Assembly (NCBI GenBank): GCA_030654225.1
Contig: JAURXY010000034.1
Location: 25,184 to 89,183 of the forward strand
Length of the DNA: 64,000 nt
Source: a bacterium
GTDB lineage: Bacteria > Patescibacteriota > Minisyncoccia > Moranbacterales > UBA2206
Direction: 5' to 3'
Of this stretch, positions 44,637 through 55,095 are shown piece by piece. The notes beneath the pieces are model-generated. The model was not told the origin of the DNA, ran no database searches, and saw nothing but the letters and a program-made list of their open reading frames with translations. Within the stretch, counting starts at the first letter, position 1. Each line of letters opens with the position of its first letter. Made by a program: the position numbers and the translations under genes.

Positions 44637-46595
44637 ATGTTAAATTTTATTTACAGTCAAATTTTATTTTATATATCTATTTTAGTAATTCTGTTTGTCC
44701 CAGGATATTTTTTGCTTTTGGCGGTTTTTGGTAAATATGAAAATCAGATAAGTAAATTAGAAAGATTTATTTTTTCTTTTGGATTAAGTTTAATCGTTGT
44801 TGATTTTATCGCTTTTGCTTATTCCAAACTAAACGTTCCGATTACTGCCCTCTCTTCAATTTTGGGGGTACTGTTTTTTGCCATAATTTGCCTTGCATTT
44901 AGACACTGGGTGTCTAAAAAGACACCCAGTGTCTCTGTAGGCATTCAAGAAGAAGATAAATTATTTTCTTTTTCCAAAAATCAATTTCTCCTCCTTTTGC
45001 TTCTTTTGTTTTTGACAATTTTTATTAAAACTGCCTATCTCAGTGGAACAGTTGCCCCAACTGCCACTGACATGGGTCATCACACCTATTGGGCTAAAGA
45101 AATGTCCACCACTCACAAACTTCCTGTTTATGAAGGAATGCCTGATTTTATCATTGGTGAACATATTGCTTTGTCAGAGATAAATATGATCAGTGGAAAA
45201 AGTTTCTTTTCAGCTTTCCCGGTTATTTTTTTGCTACTGATTAATCTTCTTAGTATCCTCACTGTTTTTATCTTGACTTTACGAATTTTCAAAAACAAGA
45301 ATGTTGCTATTCTTTCAATTCTTTTTTTGGGAGTTCTTTTTGCTGTTTCCTCACCTCAGGCTAAATTTGTTAGTGGTGGTGTAATAGGAAATATCTTGGG
45401 AAATCTTCTGATGCCTATGGCCTTTTATTTTTATTTCAGAGCTACAGAATTTCTAAATGTAGGGGTTCAATTTATTGAACCCACTAATAAACCGATTGGG
45501 TTTGATAAATCAAACCCCTACATTTTAAATGATAGTCAGAAATTTCTTTCCCTTGGAATTTTTTCCACTTTCGGACTTTTTTATACGCATCATCTCACTG
45601 CTTTTATATTTTTATTTATTTTTTCCTTACTTATTATTATTTTCCTAGCTCTAAATTACAAAGACCTGAAAAATATTTTTGGAAAAATATTTGATTTGGT
45701 TTTTTCCGTTCCTGTTATCACAACTTTTGCAGTCGGATTGATTTTTTTCTTTTTTATTTTCACTCCAAATTATATGCAGACTAGTGCGGTAGAAACCGCT
45801 GTCGGCACACCCTCAAAAGCCACTCGCGAAGGATTGAGTATGGACAACATAAAATCTTCCGTGGGCGAAGTTCGTCTGGCTCTTGGATTTTTAGGACTTC
45901 TGATTTTATCTTTGAATTATAAAAGAAAAAATTTCGGCTTCACTTTGATTTCTGCTTGGACAGTTATGCTTTTTATCATGTCCACTAAACCAGAATTAAT
46001 TTTCATCAACTTGCCTAGTTCTCGAATTGGAAATTATATGAGCTATCCCCTTGCCATCCTTTCTGCCTATGGATTATTTTCTATTTTCAATCCCAGTTTA
46101 GTTGATTCAAAAAAAATAATTCCCAAGAAATTTCTAGCTGGCTCATTTTTGATTATCCTAATTTTTGTTTTAACTAGCGGGATAAGCGACAGCGTTCAAG
46201 CTTTCAAAAAAGCCCCTGACTTCACTCCCGTTATTGAAACTTATGACGCTTCTAATTATTTAGTGAAAAATACTAACGAGGAAGATGTGATTCTAAAAGA
46301 TCATAATTATATCACTGCAGATTCTTGGATAAAATTGTTTTTTATGCAAGGTTATAGATACCCTCAGTCTCGTGGCTATTTCAAGCGTTATGAAGATCCC
46401 ACTAAACCTCGTGAAATGTGCACCCTCTATATGATTTCCAATCCGGCCGGTCAAGACGCCCAGGATTGTTTTTTTGAAACAAAAACTAATTATATTTTGG
46501 TTAATCCAAAATTTGATAGCTCCCAATTTGTAAAACTCAAAAATTTTAGCAAAGTTTATAACAATGGCGATGTAGCTGTTTATTATAAAAAATAA
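44637..46595 (+). CDS. Large polytopic membrane protein, possibly a third GT-C-type glycosyltransferase
   Basis: 652 aa; about 12 TM helices then a soluble C-terminal domain. Conserved-looking loop 'TATDMGHHTYWAKEM'. Confidence 0.45.
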   Translation: MLNFIYSQILFYISILVILFVPGYFLLLAVFGKYENQISKLERFIFSFGLSLIVVDFIAFAYSKLNVPITALSSILGVLFFAIICLAFRHWVSKKTPSVSVGIQEEDKLFSFSKNQFLLLLLLLFLTIFIKTAYLSGTVAPTATDMGHHTYWAKEMSTTHKLPVYEGMPDFIIGEHIALSEINMISGKSFFSAFPVIFLLLINLLSILTVFILTLRIFKNKNVAILSILFLGVLFAVSSPQAKFVSGGVIGNILGNLLMPMAFYFYFRATEFLNVGVQFIEPTNKPIGFDKSNPYILNDSQKFLSLGIFSTFGLFYTHHLTAFIFLFIFSLLIIIFLALNYKDLKNIFGKIFDLVFSVPVITTFAVGLIFFFFIFTPNYMQTSAVETAVGTPSKATREGLSMDNIKSSVGEVRLALGFLGLLILSLNYKRKNFGFTLISAWTVMLFIMSTKPELIFINLPSSRIGNYMSYPLAILSAYGLFSIFNPSLVDSKKIIPKKFLAGSFLIILIFVLTSGISDSVQAFKKAPDFTPVIETYDASNYLVKNTNEEDVILKDHNYITADSWIKLFFMQGYRYPQSRGYFKRYEDPTKPREMCTLYMISNPAGQDAQDCFFETKTNYILVNPKFDSSQFVKLKNFSKVYNNGDVAVYYKK

Positions 46596-46606
46596 ATTTC
46601 ATTTTT

Positions 46607-46966
46607 ATGCAACAAAAAAAGATTATTCTCTTCCTATTGATTACCTTCATAGCCAGCTCCGTTTGGCTTTTTTATGTGAGTGACAAAATTCTTGATCCGA
46701 ATGTTGGGAAAAATTGGTGGTCAATCTCTTTTTCCGATTCTAAATCAGAGAATTTAGATTTCGTAATTGAAAATCATAGTGATAAGGATAATTTTCAATG
46801 GGTTGTTTTGTCTGGCAATGATACAATCAAAGAAAGCGATGTGACTATCAAAAAAGGAGAGATCAGTTCAGTTAATGTTAATTTTGAAGATAGCTATAGA
46901 AACAAAAAAATTACCATTCAAGTAACTTCAGGAGATGAGAAAAAAGAAATTTATAAAAACTTATGA
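46607..46966 (+). CDS. Hypothetical secreted or membrane-anchored protein
   Basis: 119 aa; N-terminal TM/signal. Confidence 0.4.
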   Translation: MQQKKIILFLLITFIASSVWLFYVSDKILDPNVGKNWWSISFSDSKSENLDFVIENHSDKDNFQWVVLSGNDTIKESDVTIKKGEISSVNVNFEDSYRNKKITIQVTSGDEKKEIYKNL

Positions 46967-48081
46967 AAAAGATACTTCTAGTAACGAGGCCAATTGCCCC
47001 GCCGTGGGACGAAGGTTCAAAAAATTTCGCCTATTACCTAGCAAAAAATCTAGCAGGTTTTGAAATTAATTTAATGACTAAAGGAATTTTGTCCGGACTA
47101 TCTGATAATGTTCACCAGCATTCGGTTTATTCAACTTCAGAAATTCGCGATTTCAATTTTTCACAAAAGCTTCGCGCGCTTCTTTTCCAATTCAAAACCA
47201 AAGGCAAGTTCGATATCAATCACTATTTTTTCACTCCAACAAAACTCAACTCCTTCCTGATTAAGCATTTTTTCAAATCATCCAAAACTAAAACTATTCA
47301 AACTGTCGCTTCTCTTCGTGATGACTTGTGGTCGTCGGATGATATTCGAAAATTGATGTTTGCAGATCTCATCATCACCTATTCTGATTATGCCAAGAAC
47401 AAATTAAATTCACTTGGATTTCAAAATGTCAAAAGGGTTTATCCAGGAATTGATCTGGAAAAATATCAACTACAAGAAAGAAACTTGGAGCTTATGCAAG
47501 AAAAAAACATTTCGCCAACGGACTTTGTGATAAATTTCACTGGCGAGTATGTGCGCCTTGGTGCGATTGATTTAGTGATTGACAGTTTTATCGAAATTTC
47601 CAAAAAAATTCCCGAAGCCAAACTCACTCTAGCAGTTAGAATCAAAAACGAAAAAGACGCTCAGAAAAAAGAAGAGGTTATGGAAAAGATCAAAAAAAGT
47701 AATCTTCTGGAAAAAGTTTCTTTTTTTGATAATGGTAAATATGATATGCCAGAAGTTTATAATCTTTGCGACATTAGTCTTTTCCCAGTACAAAATATGC
47801 ACGGAAAATTTGATATCCCTCTCGCTGTTATCGAAACGATGGCCTGTGAAAAACCAGTCATCTTAACAGATTTGGAAATTCTAAAAGAATTGGGAAATAA
47901 TAATAACTCTGTTATAATTGAGAAAGACAATCTAAAACAATTGACTGACGCAATTTTTGATTTATACCAAGACACAGAAAAAAGAAAAATGCTCGGGAAA
48001 AATGCTAGAAAGTTTTGTGAGGAAAATTTCGACATAAAAAATATAGCTAGGGCTTATGAAAAAATATATGAACAATTATAA
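46963..48081 (+). CDS. GT-B fold glycosyltransferase (GT4-like, divergent)
   Basis: 372 aa; C-terminal 'FPVQNMHGKFDIPLAVIETMACEKPVILTDL' resembles an EX7E region. Confidence 0.55.
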   Translation: MKKILLVTRPIAPPWDEGSKNFAYYLAKNLAGFEINLMTKGILSGLSDNVHQHSVYSTSEIRDFNFSQKLRALLFQFKTKGKFDINHYFFTPTKLNSFLIKHFFKSSKTKTIQTVASLRDDLWSSDDIRKLMFADLIITYSDYAKNKLNSLGFQNVKRVYPGIDLEKYQLQERNLELMQEKNISPTDFVINFTGEYVRLGAIDLVIDSFIEISKKIPEAKLTLAVRIKNEKDAQKKEEVMEKIKKSNLLEKVSFFDNGKYDMPEVYNLCDISLFPVQNMHGKFDIPLAVIETMACEKPVILTDLEILKELGNNNNSVIIEKDNLKQLTDAIFDLYQDTEKRKMLGKNARKFCEENFDIKNIARAYEKIYEQL

Positions 48082-49570
48082 TTTTGAAAATTTAAACGAA
48101 AACAAAAAAAAGTTCCAAACGGAAAAAATGAAAGTGCCGGCTATTTTTTTTATGAGTGAAGATTTAATACCTAAGGATGATTCTTTCGAAAAATTAGAAG
48201 ATATTGCTTCTAATCAAGATACACTTTTCCGTAATTTAGTCGCTATGCCTGATGTTTGTTCAAAGCCAGGCAGGAAAAATGCTTCCGGAACAACTATAGT
48301 CAGCGAAAATTACATACTGCCTCAAGTTAATGACTCAGACCCAAACTGTGGAATGCGTCTAATTAAAACTAATTTAACTGAAGATAATCTAACTAGTAAT
48401 GATATTGAAAATATTTTCAAGGAATTAGTAAGCACCGTTCCAACTAAAAAATTCGTCGGAACCAAAGTCCCTTTTAATGTTGTCGTTGATATTTGTCGAG
48501 AAGGAACATCCGCCATAATCAAACATCTCGGAATCAAAACAAAAAACGAACTCGAAAACACTCAGGATGGTGGTAATTTTTTCGGACGTATTATGGAAAG
48601 AAAAGATATTTTTGATGTAATACCAAAGCTGTACTTGTTTTTTGCGCGGTATCGCTTGGGAATTTTAGGCGCAGCTGGAAACCATTTTTCAGATCTTATG
48701 AAAGTAGATGAGATTATAGATTCCGAAATTGCCAAAAAAATGGGAATAGAAAAGGGACAGTATCTCTTTATGATTCACACTGGTTCAGGAATTTTGGGAC
48801 AATACACAATGTATACTCATACTGCCAAGAAACGCGAGCATCTTTCACAAGCTCTTATGGTAACACTTGGAAAAATGACTTTCAATTCCAGAAAAAAAGA
48901 AACTTATAAAAAGATGCAACAAAAAATAAAATTGCATATGTCAGGAGAAGAATCACTGCTTAGATATGACGGCAACGGAGAGGATGGAGAATTATATATG
49001 AACGCGCGAGCAGCCGCTTCTAATTTCGGCACTGCCAATAGAGCTGTTATCACTCACAATATCTCCGAAACGATAAAAAAAGTTCTTGGGCGTGACCCCG
49101 AAATGGATTTGATCTATGACATGCCTCACATTTCAATTTCCAAGGAAGAACATTTTGGGCGTGAAGTTTTTGTTCACCGAAGCAACACTTCAAGAGCATA
49201 TGGCCCTAGCAAGATGAAAAGTCATCCGATTTACGGCGAAACCGGCGAACCTGTCTTTATTCCATCTTCAATGGCCACTGACGCCTACATTTGCGTCGGA
49301 ACAGATGAAAATCAAGACAGTTTTTTCTCAGCTCCTCATGGCACCGGCAAAGGAACTAACGATAATGAAAAAACCATTGCCAATAAAGATGACCTTTTCG
49401 CCAAAATGAAAGAAAAAAATATCCGTCTTTACAATGCCCAATCTTCCATTGTTATCAATCAAGATTCTTCTCGATACAAAAATATAGACAAAGTAATTGA
49501 AGGTATTGAAGCCAACAAAATCGCTCACATTGTAGCAAAAATGAAACCCGTAGCGGTTATAATGTATTAA
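48056..49570 (+). CDS. rtcB: RtcB-family RNA ligase (divergent)
   Basis: 'AMPDVCSKPG', 'DPNCGMR' and 'HTGSGILGQ' are RtcB-like motifs, with C-terminal 'KMKPVAVIMY'. The start may instead be at 48128 (MKVPAIFF). Confidence 0.65.
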   Translation: MKKYMNNYNFENLNENKKKFQTEKMKVPAIFFMSEDLIPKDDSFEKLEDIASNQDTLFRNLVAMPDVCSKPGRKNASGTTIVSENYILPQVNDSDPNCGMRLIKTNLTEDNLTSNDIENIFKELVSTVPTKKFVGTKVPFNVVVDICREGTSAIIKHLGIKTKNELENTQDGGNFFGRIMERKDIFDVIPKLYLFFARYRLGILGAAGNHFSDLMKVDEIIDSEIAKKMGIEKGQYLFMIHTGSGILGQYTMYTHTAKKREHLSQALMVTLGKMTFNSRKKETYKKMQQKIKLHMSGEESLLRYDGNGEDGELYMNARAAASNFGTANRAVITHNISETIKKVLGRDPEMDLIYDMPHISISKEEHFGREVFVHRSNTSRAYGPSKMKSHPIYGETGEPVFIPSSMATDAYICVGTDENQDSFFSAPHGTGKGTNDNEKTIANKDDLFAKMKEKNIRLYNAQSSIVINQDSSRYKNIDKVIEGIEANKIAHIVAKMKPVAVIMY

Positions 49571-49575
49571 ATTTT

Positions 49576-50160
49576 ATGAAACTAATCACAATTTCTGGTC
49601 TTGATGGCTCAGGGAAATCAACTCAAATTGAAATGCTAAAAAAGCATTTAGAATCGCAAAGTAAGCGGGTTTTTTATTTTCATGCTGGGCAATTTAGTAT
49701 TAGTAAGATTTATAATATTTTAAGACCACACAAGATTATTACTGGCAAACATCATGAAAGCGTGGTCAAAGCTAATGTTTTTCAAATTTATCTTCGTCGT
49801 TTTGCATTACTGATAGATTTGGTGCGCTTTAAGTTATTACATAATAAATTACGTAATAAAAATTATGATTATATTTTGAGTGACCGGTATTTTTATGATA
49901 GTGTGGTTAATATTGAATTTTTATGTAGGGAACGCATATATGCGTTCCCTACGTGGATTGTAAATCCCGATTTGGCAATCTATCTTCAAACTGATCCGGA
50001 AATAATAATGCAAAGAGAAAGAAAGCCTGATCAAGGAATTGATTATCTCAAAAAGAAAAAAAATATATATGACGCAAAAATTCTCGATTGGAATATGAAA
50101 CTAATTAATGGCAATCGAGGCCAAGAAGAAATTTTTAAAGAAATAAAATCATTTTTATGA
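49576..50160 (+). CDS. tmk: Thymidylate kinase-like P-loop kinase with an in-frame palindromic insertion
   Basis: 194 aa; 'ISGLDGSGKSTQ' P-loop and 'LSDRYFYDS' DRY motif. The palindrome at 49925-49952 encodes 'RERIYAFP'. Confidence 0.6.
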   Translation: MKLITISGLDGSGKSTQIEMLKKHLESQSKRVFYFHAGQFSISKIYNILRPHKIITGKHHESVVKANVFQIYLRRFALLIDLVRFKLLHNKLRNKNYDYILSDRYFYDSVVNIEFLCRERIYAFPTWIVNPDLAIYLQTDPEIIMQRERKPDQGIDYLKKKKNIYDAKILDWNMKLINGNRGQEEIFKEIKSFL

Positions 50161-51638
50161 AAAACAATTTAGTAAAATCAGTTTTCTGGGTAACGGTTTC
50201 GGAAATTTTATTTAATCTTTCCGGTTATGTAATCCATTCTGTTGCTGGAAGAGTTTTGGGTCCGGGTGATTATGGTCGCTATGGAATTGTAATAACACTC
50301 ACTACGATGATTATTATTCTTGTTGGCAATGGCGTGCCAACTGCTATGGCAAAATATTTGAGTGAAGTTTTTGAATCCAATCCGATAATGATTGGTGTAA
50401 TTAAGAAAAAAGCTATCATTCTCCAATCCATTATTATTGGAACGCTAACCGTAATATTTTTTCTTTTAGCGCCAGTTTTGGCATGGGCGTTAAAAGATCC
50501 AACACTTACCAATCTTTTTCGTCTTTCCACTTTGATTATTCCTGCTTTTGCTATGTCCTCTTTCTATTTTTCCTATTACACCGGTCTTCACAAGTTCAAC
50601 ATTCAATCTCTGCTAAAAACTCTGCGCTCGCTTTTTAGAGTGACTATTATTGTTGCTCTCGCCTATTTCTACAAAGTGCCCGGAGCAATCTTGGGTTATG
50701 TCATCGCTCCGTTTCTAACTTTTATTATCGGTTGGTGTATTGATAAATTTAGAGTTAAAGCAGAAATTGAAAATCAAATACAACTTAATCCCAATAAAGC
50801 AGAAATAGTTTTTGAATATAAAAAACTTATGCGTTATGCTTGGCAAATCGTTATTTTTTTTCTCGCCTACGAGCTTTTTATCAGCATTGATTTATATTTA
50901 GTAAAAGGAATTTTGAGAAATGATTATTTAACCGGAATATATAATGGCGCCCTTACAGTTGGACGCATCCCCTATTATGTTTTTTATGCCCTCACCGTTG
51001 TTCTTCTTCCGGCAATTTCCAAAAGCACTTCCGAGAACAACCATGCAAAAACCAGCCAGATCATTGGAAATTCCTTGCGCTTAATGTTGATTATTTTGGC
51101 CCCCGCTATTATCTTGATGGCCTATTTTTCTCAACCAATAATAAAGATTTTTTATAGCGCTAGATATTTGGCGGCTGCTGAACCGATGGCGGTTTTGGTT
51201 TATGGGGTGGGATTTTTGACAATTTTCTATGTGATGAGTTTTGTTATGAATGGAGCGGGAAAAACTAAGATCCCGATGATTATTTCTATTATTGGCTTGA
51301 CTTTGAATTCTGTTTTGAACTATTTTTTCATTCAAAAATTTGGACTTATGGGTTCCGCTTGGGCCACAACAATTTCTTCATTTCTAGCCATGCTTCTAAT
51401 GGTCTATTTCCTCTATAGAGAGTTTGGGGTTGTAATTAGTATAAAGAGCCTTCTAAGAGTTATTTTCTCCTCAGGAGGGCTTTATTTGACTTCCACACTC
51501 TTCCCTAATGAAAATTATTACTTTATTATCTGGTCTATAATTCTGCTATCTTTCTATTTTATTTTTCTTTATATACTAGGAGAAATAAAAAAAGATGATA
51601 TTTCATATTTCAGAAATATCATCCTTAAGAAAAAATAA
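50157..51638 (+). CDS. Polysaccharide flippase (Wzx-like, MOP superfamily)
   Basis: 493 aa; about 14 TM helices; N-terminal 'VFWVTVSEILFNLSGYVIHSVAGRVLGPGDYGRYG'. Confidence 0.7.
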   Translation: MKNNLVKSVFWVTVSEILFNLSGYVIHSVAGRVLGPGDYGRYGIVITLTTMIIILVGNGVPTAMAKYLSEVFESNPIMIGVIKKKAIILQSIIIGTLTVIFFLLAPVLAWALKDPTLTNLFRLSTLIIPAFAMSSFYFSYYTGLHKFNIQSLLKTLRSLFRVTIIVALAYFYKVPGAILGYVIAPFLTFIIGWCIDKFRVKAEIENQIQLNPNKAEIVFEYKKLMRYAWQIVIFFLAYELFISIDLYLVKGILRNDYLTGIYNGALTVGRIPYYVFYALTVVLLPAISKSTSENNHAKTSQIIGNSLRLMLIILAPAIILMAYFSQPIIKIFYSARYLAAAEPMAVLVYGVGFLTIFYVMSFVMNGAGKTKIPMIISIIGLTLNSVLNYFFIQKFGLMGSAWATTISSFLAMLLMVYFLYREFGVVISIKSLLRVIFSSGGLYLTSTLFPNENYYFIIWSIILLSFYFIFLYILGEIKKDDISYFRNIILKKK

Positions 51639-51642
51639 TTTT

Positions 51643-53262
51643 CTATTTAACCTTCAAAGCAAAAACTGAAAATTGGCGAAAGATTGAACATTTTTCAATG
51701 TCATATTTTTTTGCTATCTCTTGGGAAAGCTCGCATTTAGCCGAAGCATTTTTAAGATAGAATAGCTTGTCTCCTGAGTTTAATTTAATTTCTTTTCTAA
51801 GTTGAATTATTTCAATTTGTTCTTTCCCTGCTAAAAACTGAAGTGAGCGAAGAGATTTGAAAAGATAACCAGCTTGCGCATCAATGTAGGCTGTTTTATT
51901 TTCTGAATTATTTTTGATAAAATCAACGATATATTTCCCCTCTCCTAAAGTCAGATAATCAAAATCTCCATTGATTTCTCTTCCGCCATATTGCAAATCT
52001 TTATAGGTATAGAATATTTTTTGCAAATTGAAAGATGAAAAAATGGCAATAATAGCTATCGCAACCCACAAGCCTTTTTTGAATTTTTTCTCAAAAAAAT
52101 TCAACCAAAATCCCAAGATCAGCAATGGAATAAATAACAACGGCAAAAAGAAACGAACCGCCAATTCAGTGGCCCAAGTTATATAGAAAAGAAAAGACAA
52201 TATTATATAACTAGATATAAGCCCCAGGAAAAGTTTTTTATTCCTATCGCTTTCTTTTATAGCTTTTTTAAATAAGAGAAAATATCCACCCAAAGAAAAT
52301 ACTAGCGACAAAATAATCAAAACAACAAAACTTGCTTTTTCTCCTATGGTCATCCTTGTTCCATCTAACTTTTTGAAAATTTTCCAATCATTTTCATACC
52401 CGCATTCATTTTCATTGCCTAATGATGTGAGGATGTGATTATTGGTTTTGATATGACAAGAAAAATTCAAAAGCAAATTATTCGCCCAACTTCCATTTCG
52501 TTCATTCTTGCTGGTAATTCCCAAAATAAACTGATATGAATTAGCCCCACCGCTTCTAACTTCACTTACAATCTGGGGAATATTAACAAAAATAGTGGAC
52601 GCCACAATGATTACTATTGCCGTTGCTGAAATTATTTTTTTCTTGAAAAAGATAATCGCCGTGAAAAAAGAAAGCACTGGAAGGATTATCAAAAGCGAAG
52701 TATGCAATTGAATGCAAATTCCCAGAGATATTCCTGTCAAAATTGCCCAGGCAATTTTTCTTTTTTGTAAAATTGCCAAATTATAAAGTGCGTAGATAAA
52801 AAGCATCACAAAAAACGGGGTGGAATTTGGATTCCAAGCAAAACGAGAAAATTTAATCGCAAAATATGAAATTGAATACAGCCAAGCCAAAGCCAATGCG
52901 ATGGGAATTTTGAAATAAATTTTTGCTAAAAGAAAAAACATCCCGATTGACAAAATAGAAAAAAATAAATCCGGATAAGCTACTTTTTCCGGCTCTGCCC
53001 CAAATATTTTCGCTGAAACTAACTGAAAATAATAGAATGCTGGGCCAAGCAAAAATTCTGTTCCGCCTGCTCCAGGACCAAGATCTGGCAATCTGTTATT
53101 TTCGCTTAAATTTTCTATCAATTCCACATCGCGCGATTGATCCATATTGAATCTGAGCCAATCAGAAAAATGATAGGTACGCAAAAATATTCCCACTAAA
53201 ATAATCAGCATCAATAATATTGCGACTTGATGTTTTTTTATTTTTCCAAAAAAATTATTCAT
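51643..53262 (-). CDS. ArnT/PMT-like membrane (GT-C fold) glycosyltransferase, subfamily A, paralog 1
   Basis: 539 aa; N-terminal 'FLRTYHFSDWLRFNMDQSRDV' loop motif and 'GPAFYYFQ'. Polytopic; 'FAWNPNS'. Confidence 0.65.
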   Translation of the reverse strand: MNNFFGKIKKHQVAILLMLIILVGIFLRTYHFSDWLRFNMDQSRDVELIENLSENNRLPDLGPGAGGTEFLLGPAFYYFQLVSAKIFGAEPEKVAYPDLFFSILSIGMFFLLAKIYFKIPIALALAWLYSISYFAIKFSRFAWNPNSTPFFVMLFIYALYNLAILQKRKIAWAILTGISLGICIQLHTSLLIILPVLSFFTAIIFFKKKIISATAIVIIVASTIFVNIPQIVSEVRSGGANSYQFILGITSKNERNGSWANNLLLNFSCHIKTNNHILTSLGNENECGYENDWKIFKKLDGTRMTIGEKASFVVLIILSLVFSLGGYFLLFKKAIKESDRNKKLFLGLISSYIILSFLFYITWATELAVRFFLPLLFIPLLILGFWLNFFEKKFKKGLWVAIAIIAIFSSFNLQKIFYTYKDLQYGGREINGDFDYLTLGEGKYIVDFIKNNSENKTAYIDAQAGYLFKSLRSLQFLAGKEQIEIIQLRKEIKLNSGDKLFYLKNASAKCELSQEIAKKYDIEKCSIFRQFSVFALKVK

Positions 53263-55048
53263 TCATATTTATATCACTGGTTAATTCCTCATCTTCTTCA
53301 ATAGTTTGTTTTTTTATCCCAAAAACATCCTTCCAAAAAAGTCGATCAGTTTTGGAATATTTTTTGTTAAACCTAAAATTCTTGGAAATGTTTCTCTCTG
53401 GAAAATTTATCTCATAAACTGAAATTTGTCCACAATCTTGAGAAGACAATATTTCAACTGGCACCCCATATTTTTTTTCTAAGGCTTTTTTTGGCTCCGT
53501 GTCAGAAGGAATAGTTGCAAAATATTGGGCGTTAGGATTATCATTCAAACTCAAAGTTTCATAAACAAAATTAGGATCATTTTTTTGCGCCAAAATATAT
53601 TTTATCGGATTTATATGCTCCGGCTTAGTATAAAAATAACTCGTATCGCCAGTTTTTCTTTTTGTATATATAAAATCGGCCACTTTTTGCAGTTCACTCA
53701 AGGTCACACCATCTTTTGTTTTCAAAATCAAAGTGCGGTTTATTTCCACATCCTTGATTTGAGACTGCTTCATTTCCGAAAACCACGCCAGCGTTCCATA
53801 CACATTCAAGCTAAATATAATGATTGCGACTGCCGAAATAGGATACGCTGATTTTTTCGGCCATCTTTCTTGAAAAAAATTAAATACTACTCCGCTCAAC
53901 AAAAATGGCACAGCAAAAACCAAGATAAAAAATCTTGGACGAAGTTGAAAAGAAACTGGGAAAGTAAAAATGAAAAACACACCTATCCACAAAAACAACA
54001 GTGCCAAAAAATTTCTTCTGCTAGAATCTTTTTCTCTCCTTAGGGCTCGTGCCGACAAAATTATTCCGGAAGAAATAAGGATAATTGTGAGAATTGACGG
54101 CAAATCATTATTTGTGCCATCAAACGGCTCACCTTCTCCGCAAAAAGAAGTAGTGATGAGACAATAATATTTGGTATTCTCAGAAAAATTTTTGGAAATT
54201 TTTTCTGCAAATGATTTGTCTTTTGCTTTGGAACTCAAAGCTTGAATGAAATTTCCGGCATTTTCCCCTTTTCTCATCACATCACTTATAATCACAGGCG
54301 AATAAATCAAAGCAAAAACAGAAATAAAAACCAAAGAATAAATGGCTATTTTTTGCAAAATATTTTTTTGGAATATATCCTTGATTTTTTGCAATTTCCA
54401 AAACTGACTATGAAACAAAATCAAACATCCGGAGATAGCGGTGAGCACAAAGAAACCAAAAAAATGCAGTTGTGATCCGATAGAAAGTCCGAGTACCCAA
54501 ATAATGAGCCAACCTATTTTTCTTTTGAGCTTTTGTTCACTCAGAAACTTCAGGAGTCCAAAAAAAGTCAATAAGGCAAAAAATTGCAACGGATTAGGAT
54601 TCCAAGCAAAACGAGAATATTGAATCACAATGAAAGAAAAAGCATACATCGCCATAGTAAGCAATGAAATATTTTTGGAAAAATAAATTCTCGCCAGAAA
54701 ATACAGCAGGACTATCGCCAAGATTGAAAAAAATAAATCCGGATAGGCAAAAACTTGCGGGGCAGTAGAGTTGGAAATGGCACCCGCGATATATTGAAAA
54801 TAATAATAGGCGGGACCGAGTCTCAAAAATCCACTATCCACTTCGGTTGCACCGGCTCTTGGCCCCAAAAGCGGAAGCATCATTGGTCCTTCATTTATCG
54901 CATGACTAACGAGTTGCGCATCACGCGATTGATCCATTTTGAAATATAGCCAATCGGAAAAATTGTAAAAACGGAAAGCAAAAGCACCGATAACTATCGC
55001 TAGCATAATAATCGTAACGGCATATTTTTTGGTTAGTAAGTTTTTCAT
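53255..55048 (-). CDS. ArnT/PMT-like membrane (GT-C fold) glycosyltransferase, subfamily A, paralog 2
   Basis: 597 aa; 'FYNFSDWLYFKMDQSRDAQL', 'GPAYYYFQ' and 'FAWNPNP'. Confidence 0.65.
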   Translation of the reverse strand: MKNLLTKKYAVTIIMLAIVIGAFAFRFYNFSDWLYFKMDQSRDAQLVSHAINEGPMMLPLLGPRAGATEVDSGFLRLGPAYYYFQYIAGAISNSTAPQVFAYPDLFFSILAIVLLYFLARIYFSKNISLLTMAMYAFSFIVIQYSRFAWNPNPLQFFALLTFFGLLKFLSEQKLKRKIGWLIIWVLGLSIGSQLHFFGFFVLTAISGCLILFHSQFWKLQKIKDIFQKNILQKIAIYSLVFISVFALIYSPVIISDVMRKGENAGNFIQALSSKAKDKSFAEKISKNFSENTKYYCLITTSFCGEGEPFDGTNNDLPSILTIILISSGIILSARALRREKDSSRRNFLALLFLWIGVFFIFTFPVSFQLRPRFFILVFAVPFLLSGVVFNFFQERWPKKSAYPISAVAIIIFSLNVYGTLAWFSEMKQSQIKDVEINRTLILKTKDGVTLSELQKVADFIYTKRKTGDTSYFYTKPEHINPIKYILAQKNDPNFVYETLSLNDNPNAQYFATIPSDTEPKKALEKKYGVPVEILSSQDCGQISVYEINFPERNISKNFRFNKKYSKTDRLFWKDVFGIKKQTIEEDEELTSDINMNE

Positions 55049-55095
55049 AATTTGCTATTTTAGTTTAAGCCAAAAATTATAATTTGGCAAAAAAA

